Source of the DNA: a virus
Lineage: Duplodnaviria > Caudoviricetes
Length of the DNA: 57,730 nt
Direction: 5' to 3' (one strand)
Virus record (IMG/VR): IMGVR_UViG_3300037755_000790
Coordinates: 1-57,730 of that record
A program made the position numbers and the translations under genes. Under the pieces are notes generated by a model. That model was given only the letters and a program-made list of their open reading frames with translations, was not told the DNA's origin and ran no database searches. This document shows, one piece after another, positions 37,561 through 44,474 of the stretch (positions within the stretch are counted from its first letter, which is position 1; every line of letters starts with the position of its first letter).

Positions 37561-37778
37561 GTGGACACCTTGGGTGGTCCGAGAAGGAAGTCAGCCCGGT
37601 CGGCGTCGAGCCTGTCCGTCAATAGTTCCCGAGCACGCTCCACGTCGCACTCAACGCTACCGAGCGTGCAGAACGGCCCGGTCACCATCGACAGCCCGAC
37701 GGCGGAGTCGCCGAGTGGCACCGACCGGTACTCCACCACCAGTTCGCCGGCTGGGGTCCTGAACCGCATGGTGCTCAC
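37557..37778 (-). CDS. hypothetical protein
   Basis: GTGA-coupled. Confidence 0.45.
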   Translation of the reverse strand: MSTMRFRTPAGELVVEYRSVPLGDSAVGLSMVTGPFCTLGSVECDVERARELLTDRLDADRADFLLGPPKVST

Positions 37779-37972
37779 GAGGCCACCGCCGCTTCGTCGC
37801 CCTCGCGGGCCGTGACGACGCGCCCGTAGGCTCCGCACGTACAGGTCAGGTGATGGGTGGTCACAAGCGCACAGTCGGGCTCATGTCTCGGTATCTGCCG
37901 GATGGACTCTTCGGACAGTCCGTAGTAGTCGGCCGCCGCACGAATCTGGTCTTCGGTGAGATCGGTTGTCAT
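37775..37972 (-). CDS. small His/Cys protein
   Basis: H..DC.......CTC; coupled. Confidence 0.55.
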   Translation of the reverse strand: MTTDLTEDQIRAAADYYGLSEESIRQIPRHEPDCALVTTHHLTCTCGAYGRVVTAREGDEAAVAS

Positions 37973-38691
37973 CGGGCGTTCGCCACCATCCGGGACTGGA
38001 ACAGGTCTCGGTCCGCGTCACCGGACGCCCAGCCGAGTCGGTACGTGTCGTCTAGTTCGGCCTTGTGGACGATCGGGTTCAGATGCTCCACGACCGAGTC
38101 CAACGCCATGGCGAAAACGCCCAACTGCTTGGCTTTCGTGACCACCTCGTCGTCACTGAACATGTGGCCGTAGCACTCCGGCCACGCCCAGCCCGGACCG
38201 TCCCACGACGCGCCCACGTCGGCGATGTACTGCCGGTCGATGAGCATGTGCGTCGCGTGCTCCCCCCGCATCACCCTCGGGTTGGCGAGATCGTTGGTCC
38301 CGATCACCGACGGACGGCGGCCGGCCTTCTCCGCCGCCACACCCACGACCCGGATCAACTCATCAGCCCAGCCGGCGTGGAAACGCACGTCGTCGCCGGT
38401 GACGAACAGCCACGACTCGCCCGTGCTGCGGTAGGCGTGATTCACTTTCGGGCCGAACGGGTGATCCCACGTCGTCAAGACGTTGGCGCCCGCCGCGGTC
38501 CACGCCGAGACGCATTCCGCCTCGTCCGCGTGACACACCGCGTACGCCCGGCACCGATCCGTCGACTCCCGCAGCGAATCCATGAACGGGCCGGCGTGAC
38601 CCGGCCGGCCGCGCGTCGGCACCACCACCGCGATGTCGATCGGCTGCGGAGACAGACGCAGCCCAGGACCCTTGAAACCCTTCCACGCCAT
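37969..38691 (-). CDS. glycosyltransferase family 2
   Basis: VVVPTRGRP, FVTGDD..F..GW, Y.H.F.D.E, VEH. Confidence 0.85.
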   Translation of the reverse strand: MAWKGFKGPGLRLSPQPIDIAVVVPTRGRPGHAGPFMDSLRESTDRCRAYAVCHADEAECVSAWTAAGANVLTTWDHPFGPKVNHAYRSTGESWLFVTGDDVRFHAGWADELIRVVGVAAEKAGRRPSVIGTNDLANPRVMRGEHATHMLIDRQYIADVGASWDGPGWAWPECYGHMFSDDEVVTKAKQLGVFAMALDSVVEHLNPIVHKAELDDTYRLGWASGDADRDLFQSRMVANAR

Positions 38692-38957
38692 CAGGCACCG
38701 TCCGGGCGGCCAGCGAAGGCGGCAACGTAGTCCGGCGTGAAGTCGCCGCCGCGCACGATCTCGTCCGGGTCGAGGCCGCGACGTACGAGCATCTCATCGG
38801 CTTGGACGAAGACGACGCTGACGCCGGGCAGCTTCTCCGCGAACGTCGCCCTCGCCGCGTCCGCCTCGTCCGCACTGAACGGGCGGGCCACGCGGACCAC
38901 GAGTGTGTCGCCCTGCCGCAGGACGGTCGCCTCGGCGAACTCCGGTAGGTCAGCCAC
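38691..38957 (-). CDS. hypothetical protein
   Basis: L..GD.LVVR motif; coupled. Confidence 0.55.
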   Translation of the reverse strand: MADLPEFAEATVLRQGDTLVVRVARPFSADEADAARATFAEKLPGVSVVFVQADEMLVRRGLDPDEIVRGGDFTPDYVAAFAGRPDGA

Positions 38958-39195
38958 GGCGACCACGGGTCCCACGTCGGTCCTTCACCACGAGCGCCTC
39001 GTCCGCCGGCGGTTCCTCCGGTGACGCGACAGGCTCCGGCTCAACGACCGGCGGCGTTGGATCCCCACCGGCCGGGTAGAACATGCCCGGCGCCGCCAGC
39101 ACCACCGGGTCGTCGTCGGCGTAGTCGTGGTTCCTCTGCACCAACACCGGCACACCGTCGACGGCCACGAAGCCCCGGTCCCGTGAGCGCATCAT
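38950..39195 (-). CDS. small head-associated protein
   Basis: DPVV...P..F followed by a Pro/Glu linker and basic tail, typical of genes after the MCP. Confidence 0.55.
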   Translation of the reverse strand: MMRSRDRGFVAVDGVPVLVQRNHDYADDDPVVLAAPGMFYPAGGDPTPPVVEPEPVASPEEPPADEALVVKDRRGTRGRRG

Positions 39196-39512
39196 CGGAC
39201 CGCCCCGTTCTCGACACCGGCGAGGATCGCGGTGATCGACGAGATGCACCCGTGCGTCCACTCCACCGACTCCGGCGGCGGTGGAGCCTGGTACAGCATC
39301 GCGTCCACGTTCTTCGACGTTTCCTCGAAGCCCAACTCAAGGTGGTGGTAGCACAGGGAGTTGACGAGCGTCCCGCCAAGGCTGTGACGGCTCTGCGTGG
39401 CCATGCCCTCGCCGGTGTTGACGTAGATCAGCATCAGCAGAAGCCGGCGGGTCTCGTCGAGGTCCCGACGTACAGCCTCGGACAGCGTCGGCTTGCGGCG
39501 GAAGAGGCTCAT
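39192..39512 (-). CDS. hypothetical protein
   Basis: ATGA-coupled. Confidence 0.55.
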   Translation of the reverse strand: MSLFRRKPTLSEAVRRDLDETRRLLLMLIYVNTGEGMATQSRHSLGGTLVNSLCYHHLELGFEETSKNVDAMLYQAPPPPESVEWTHGCISSITAILAGVENGAVR

Positions 39513-40348
39513 GACGCCACCCGCTCGTCCTCGTCGGCGCTGCGCCGCTCGGCTTCACGTTGCGCTTCGATGATCGCCTGCTGCGCCATGTACCGGTCAT
39601 ACGTCAACGAGAACGTCTTGATGTGACCGAGCTTCACGGCCGTGTTCACCCATATGGGGATACCGGCGAAGCCAGCCCGGAAGCAGAACGTGATGTCCTC
39701 GGACATGCGCCGGCCGTAGAAGTCCGTCTCCTGGAACCAGGGGTACGCGTCAGAGAACCCCACCATCCCCGGCCGCTTCGGGGTTCGGAAGTCCCGCACC
39801 CTCGCCAGCACCGACCGGTGGATCAGCAGGCAAGCCGCGCCGGTGGCGTGCACCTCGAACATGGAGTCCAGCGGAAAACGCTTGTAGCGGATGAACTCCG
39901 GCCGCTCCAGCGTACCGACCACGTCATAGAGCGTTGGCTCCAGTTCCGCCGTCTCCGACAGGGTGAAACAAAGGCCGCCGATGATCGGGGCCTTGTCCTC
40001 GTCGGCGAACTCGAGGAGCTTCTCCACGGTGTCCGGCTCGAACGTCATGTCCGAGTCCAGGAACAGCAGCCACGGCGCCGAGGAGTACTTCAGGAACTTC
40101 TCGCACACCTCGTTACGGGCCGCGCTGACGTTCGCTGAGGACACCTGCGACACGAACCCGCCTCGGCCACCGGTCACGTGCTTAGGGCCACGCGTCGACT
40201 CGTAGTCCACGAGGCCCAGGACGGACTCCATGAACTCACCGTTCACGTGACTCGGGCGCACCCAGGCCACGACGACTCCCTCAGCCTCCGCCTCGGCCGG
40301 CTCGTCGCACGCGGACGCGTCGGTGGGACTTACTTCCACTTCGGACAT
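39509..40348 (-). CDS. glycosyltransferase (GT-A, DxD)
   Basis: ARN....FL, LFLDSDM, G..CLLIHR.V, SEDI.FC, GHIK. Confidence 0.85.
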   Translation of the reverse strand: MSEVEVSPTDASACDEPAEAEAEGVVVAWVRPSHVNGEFMESVLGLVDYESTRGPKHVTGGRGGFVSQVSSANVSAARNEVCEKFLKYSSAPWLLFLDSDMTFEPDTVEKLLEFADEDKAPIIGGLCFTLSETAELEPTLYDVVGTLERPEFIRYKRFPLDSMFEVHATGAACLLIHRSVLARVRDFRTPKRPGMVGFSDAYPWFQETDFYGRRMSEDITFCFRAGFAGIPIWVNTAVKLGHIKTFSLTYDRYMAQQAIIEAQREAERRSADEDERVAS

Positions 40349-40457
40349 TAGGGACCTCCAGGTAGGCGGGGTTCCCGGACTCCTGGCGTCCGGGAACCCC
40401 TTCCCACAGGGGCGACCTGTGGGGCACGTCTCGCTCGCTCGGATGAGAAAAGCGAAG

Positions 40458-40463
40458 TACTAT
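40458..40463 (+). promoter_or_regulatory. -10 box for the pentamer-array cassette
   Basis: TACTAT in an AT-rich patch 11 nt before the first GGC unit; -35 weak (TCGCTC). Confidence 0.5.
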
Positions 40464-40474
40464 GAAGCGACGGG

Positions 40475-40587
40475 GGCGTGGCATGGCAAGGATGGCTGGG
40501 CCGGGCGCGGCATGGCAGGGCGTGGCAGGCGCGGCTGGGCGTGGGTTGGCGGGGCAGGGATAGGCGAGGCGTGGCCTGGCGCGGCCC
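40475..40587 (+). repeat. GGY-NN pentamer array A (putative guide RNA)
   Basis: 23 units, mostly GGC+NN: GT AT AA (A)T TG CG GC AT AG GT [A] GC TG GT TT GG AG TA GA GT CT GC CC. Confidence 0.9.
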
Positions 40588-40632
40588 ACAAAAGAAACAC
40601 TTCGAACCGAACGGACCCAGGGAGGGCTAGCA

Positions 40633-41181
40633 GTGAGCACAGATCAGCAGGTCTCCGACGACGAGACAGCCGTCGAGACCGAACAGGTCGCCGAGACGCA
40701 GCACCAGCAGAAGGAGCGACTCTCGGCCGAGGAACACGACGCGCTCGAACGAGTCGCGAAGGACGACGTTGACGGGCTCATCCAGCCCGAGATGGTGGTG
40801 GAGATGGCATCGGACCCGGCGTCGCCGCTGCACAAACACTTCGAGTGGGACGACGGCAAGGCCGCACACGCCCACCGGATCGCTCAGGCCCGGTACCTCA
40901 TCGCCCGTTACACGATCACCCGCATCGACGAGGGGCCGAAGTACGTCAACATCACGATCCGCAAGGACGACGGATCGTCGCGCCGCGGCTACGTCGCCGT
41001 GGAACGGGCCGTCGCGGACCCCGACCTCTGCGGCCAGATCATGGCCGACGCGAAGCGAGGGATCGTCGCCTACCGCAACCGGCTCTCGGCCTTCGAACGG
41101 TCACGAGCGGTCGTCGGAGCGCTGGATGAGGCCATCGGTCGCATCGACGAGGTCGTCCAGGACCTGAGCGAGGCGGCTTAG
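40633..41181 (+). CDS. partner protein of the RAMP-like cassette
   Basis: GGGAGG RBS; P..VV..A.DP.SPLH..FEWDD..AA..HR..QAR.LI motif. Confidence 0.8.
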   Translation: MSTDQQVSDDETAVETEQVAETQHQQKERLSAEEHDALERVAKDDVDGLIQPEMVVEMASDPASPLHKHFEWDDGKAAHAHRIAQARYLIARYTITRIDEGPKYVNITIRKDDGSSRRGYVAVERAVADPDLCGQIMADAKRGIVAYRNRLSAFERSRAVVGALDEAIGRIDEVVQDLSEAA

Positions 41182-41183
41182 CC

Positions 41184-41786
41184 ATGCCCGAGATCAGGCT
41201 GGAAGTCGTTCAGCGGGAGGTAATCGACGTCGAGATCATCGGCGTGAGTCCGCTGATCCCGCACAAGTGGTCGGAGAAGTCGCTCCGCATGATGCGCGAG
41301 TCGCAATCCGGCAGCAAGGCCCGCAAGAAGCACGACCCGAAGGTGCCGGTCGACGAGGCCGAAGGGGCGCTGTACCGGCTCGCCGATGGTCGCCCGGCGA
41401 TGCCGGCGACGGCCTTCAAGGCGGCCATGGTCGGCGCGGCCCGACTGTTCCAAGGCGTCACGATGACCGCGCTCAAGGCGGCGGTGTTCGTGCACGGCGA
41501 AGGATCGGACCAACTCGTCCCGATCGAGGGCGAGATGACGCTGCGGGAGGACACGCCGCGCAACGCGACCGGGGTGGCGGACCTGCGGTACCGGTACGCG
41601 TTCTGGCCGTGGCAGACCACGCTCCAGATCGAGTACCTGACCGCGATGGTCGACAAGGACTCGGTCGTCGCGCTCGTCGACGCGGCCGGCAACGGCGGAG
41701 TCGGTGACTGGCGGCCGTCGGCCCCCAAGTCGCTCACGGGGACGTTTGGAAGGTTCCGGGTGGCATCACTCGGCGCTGTGGGATGA
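41184..41786 (+). CDS. RAMP/Cas7-like protein
   Basis: first strand I.G.SPL, P..AFK.A...AA helix, R.R..F..W, and C-terminal Gly-rich loop AG.GGVGDWRP.....G.FGRF.V. Confidence 0.7.
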   Translation: MPEIRLEVVQREVIDVEIIGVSPLIPHKWSEKSLRMMRESQSGSKARKKHDPKVPVDEAEGALYRLADGRPAMPATAFKAAMVGAARLFQGVTMTALKAAVFVHGEGSDQLVPIEGEMTLREDTPRNATGVADLRYRYAFWPWQTTLQIEYLTAMVDKDSVVALVDAAGNGGVGDWRPSAPKSLTGTFGRFRVASLGAVG

Positions 41787-41793
41787 TCGCCCG

Positions 41794-41975
41794 GACGAGG
41801 CGTGGCCTGGCTGGGTAGGGCGAGGCTTGGCAAGGCCGTCAAGGCCAGGAATGGCGCGGCGGGCTTGGCGTGGTAAGGCATGGCACGGCGAGGCGGGGCT
41901 CGGTAGGGCGTGGCAGGCTAGGCGAGGCTGGACTCGGCACGGCATGGCGGGTCAGGGCGTGGAATGGCACGGTGC
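41794..41975 (+). repeat. GGY-NN pentamer array B (putative guide RNA)
   Basis: 37 units: GA GT CT TG AG GA TT AA [C] AA CA AT GC [G] TT GT AA AT AC GA GG TC AG GT [A] TA GA TG TC AC AT GG AG GT AT AC GC. Confidence 0.9.
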
Positions 41976-42009
41976 AGGCCCCGGAGTTTCGGCTCCGGGG
42001 CCTGCTTCG
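41974..42009. terminator. hairpin between array B and the convergent MCP stop
   Basis: GCAGGCCCCGGAG-TTTCGG-CTCCGGGGCCTGC, perfect 13-bp stem. Confidence 0.8.
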
Positions 42010-42012
42010 TCG

Positions 42013-43720
42013 TTATGCCAAGGCCGTGAAGGCCGGAGTGGTGTGCAAGGTCAACATTCTGAAAGCCGCTGGGTCGACCGTGTCTGCCCCCACGCGCCAG
42101 AAGCCATACCACCCGGCCTGGCCGGTCGGCCGCTGGTTCGAGCCCTTGACCATCGGCTCGTACATCATCGAGAACCCGATACGATCGACGATGACGTATC
42201 TCTCGAAGTTGCCAGCAAGCAAAATGTTGGCCGACGTGGTGACCACCGAACCCATGGTGCTGCACTCGTACTGCGGCTGGCCGAGAAGCAGCGACGGGAC
42301 GCCCATGCCCATCGACGCCCAGAACGCGCTGCCGCCACTGGTATCGAACTGGCGGACCAGATTGTAAATCGTTTTGTTCGCAATCCACGACGCCTTGCTC
42401 GCGTCACGAGGACGGAGAGCGTTGGCGACCCGGTACACGTCGCCGGACACGAACGCCGTGATAGTGGCGGACGACACCAGGGACGCGGTGACGGCCGCGA
42501 CAGCGGCGACGATGCCGCGGGGGATGGTCGCGCCGGTGTTCCCGGTCGCGAAGGCGGCCGCTTCCAGGTTGGCCTTAGCGTCGGCCATGAGCATCGACAG
42601 CTCCGACGCGAAGCCCGAATCGGCGAGAACCTCGTAGGAGCCGACAACCCAAGCGTCGGCCTTCTTGGGTGTGATCGTGGGCTGCGTGAAGGTCGGGGAC
42701 GCGTCGGCGGCCTCGGTTCCTTCACCGGTCCATTCCGCCGTGACGCCGGCGCTCGTGACGCCGTTCCAGTCATCGGTGACGATCTGCTTGACCGTCGAGA
42801 TGGACCGGATCGGGTCCTGTGTACCGGCGTTCGTGAGGATGATCGTCGGGTCGAGCGTAAACGGGACGAGATACATTGTTGTTACTCGATACCTTGCGGT
42901 ACCGGGCCCGGTCATTTCTGCCGGGCTCTGCATCTTTTCCATCGATGCAGATCGGACTATATCTTCAGCTCCAGTCCCGACCAGCTATACCGGCTGGGCG
43001 GACCTCTCGGAGTTGCCACGCGTGTAGTCTCTACGGACTCCCCGGTACGGGTTGCCTCGGTATTCCCCTGCTTTGGTGGGGTTCACCGATACAGCGCGGT
43101 TTATTACCTCCGGGTCACCCGCAGAGGACGGCCACTCGACCGCCGTTGGCGCCGGTGAGGGACAGGGCGGCACGCATGAGCTGCCCCGGGTACGTCCCCA
43201 TCGACTGCCAGTACTCCTCGAACTCGCGGTGGTACTCGTCCGAGCCCGTCATCAGCAGGTGGCGGGCGATGCCCGACGTCTGCGGTGACGGCTTGTCGAG
43301 CAGCCGCATGACGTGCTCACGACCCGCGTCGTCCATGTGGCCGGGTGCGATCTCGACGGCCTTCTTCGCCCGCGAGATCATGTCGGCTTTCGGTGCGAGT
43401 TCGGCCCGGACGACCTCGTAGTTGTCGTACGGGTCGACGGTCCGCATGATCTCCGGTCCCTTGCGGGCCAGAGCGGTAGCTCCGTCGCCGGACTCGCGGT
43501 GTGGGCTGGCGAGGACGGCGCTGCGGACAGCCTCCGCCTTCGTCTCCCACGCCTCGGCCTTGGTCCGCTCGGCCTCGAGCTGAGCGAACTCGTCGGGGAT
43601 CTCCTCGGAGCGGGCGATGTCGTCGTCTTCCCAGTCCTGCTTGTCGGTCAGCTCCGCCAGTTCGGCGCGGAGCACCTCCATGTCGGCGGCGTACTCCGCT
43701 GACGTCTTTCGCTTAGCCAC
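42013..43720 (-). CDS. HK97-fold major capsid protein (exons 43139-43720 and 42013-42873; 480 aa spliced)
   Basis: splicing restores NGG|YLVP; W.GE, LLG.P, GNF..Y.IVDRIG, R.G....DP.AF; N-terminal delta domain. Confidence 0.92.
42874..43138 (-). mobile_element. group I intron (265 nt, no ORF)
   Basis: P1 GGCGGU/GCCGUC with U.G at the 5' splice site; core elements GUAUCGGUGAA, AAUACCGAG, GUAGAGACUA, AAGAUAUAGUCC; terminal G. Confidence 0.92.
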
Positions 43721-44453
43721 GGGGGGCTTCCTTTCGGGCCAGCCACATGCGCGCTTGCGCACGGGCGAGGTAGTAGTCCCGGTCGGAGTGCCCGTTGGGC
43801 GGCTCTTCGGCGTCGGCGTCCATGGTGGACGTGACGGGATACGTCTCCGGCTCCTGTGGAGTGGTGGACGGTCTGAGCGCGGCGAACAGGTCCGTCACGC
43901 GTGAGCGGACGGCGAGGATCGCCGCGGCGGCGTTGACCGGTACGGGGGTGGGGCCGTAGTCGGACAGGCCGAGTTCGTGGCGGGTGACGGTCGGTAGGTT
44001 CCCGGTACGTCCCCGTGGTATCTGCGTCGGGGTCGAACGGACGATCTTGCCCCGGAAGGACTGGGACCGGATGGCGCCGTTGTCGATCGCCTCGAGGATC
44101 CGGTCGATCTCCGGGCCCCGGTTGTAGCGGGTGATCGTCTTGAGGCCCTTGGAGTCGGGGGTGATCTCCAGTGGTGTGCCGATCGGCACCGACCACGTGT
44201 CAGATGGCGATCCGTGGACCGTGAGTCCGTGGTTGTACAAGCACATGACCCTGGAGATCCCGCCGTCTTTCAGCGTCTTGTTGAACGCGGACCGTTCGAC
44301 GACCTCCATGTAGTGCCCGTGCTGGTCTTTGACCTCGTACGGGTGGTTGAAGACGGCGGCGTACGCCTCGACGGTGCGGCCGTCGGTGTGGGCGCGGGAG
44401 ATCTCGATGTCCTCCAGGGGCCACCAACGTTCGTAGCGAAGGATTTCAGCCAC
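43713..44453 (-). CDS. HK97-family prohead protease
   Basis: AYAAVFN, E.....AF.KT, LYNHG, QSFRG, L..YGP...P. Confidence 0.9.
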   Translation of the reverse strand: MAEILRYERWWPLEDIEISRAHTDGRTVEAYAAVFNHPYEVKDQHGHYMEVVERSAFNKTLKDGGISRVMCLYNHGLTVHGSPSDTWSVPIGTPLEITPDSKGLKTITRYNRGPEIDRILEAIDNGAIRSQSFRGKIVRSTPTQIPRGRTGNLPTVTRHELGLSDYGPTPVPVNAAAAILAVRSRVTDLFAALRPSTTPQEPETYPVTSTMDADAEEPPNGHSDRDYYLARAQARMWLARKEAPRG

Positions 44454-44474
44454 GGTCGCCCCTTTCCGGGCTGT

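Noticed and set aside
40942-40980. Forward reading of the array B middle segment (F V N I T D G S) resembling YVNIT...DGS in the partner gene
   Set aside because: Needs a four-codon gap; the ungapped reverse-strand match to the MCP (7 of 10) is better
40475-41975. Canonical CRISPR array or cas operon
   Set aside because: No 25-45-nt direct repeats with unique spacers and no cas1/cas2/cas3/cas10; the periodicity is 5 nt
42013-42942. Two separate capsid genes (43115-43762 and 42013-42942)
   Set aside because: Explained by a group I intron whose removal restores GGYLVP in frame
41704-43158. Gly/Arg/Trp-rich ORFs over the arrays (41704-43158, 41870-42367, 40323-40772)
   Set aside because: By-products of GGC periodicity; they overlap real genes, the terminator and the MCP antisense strand
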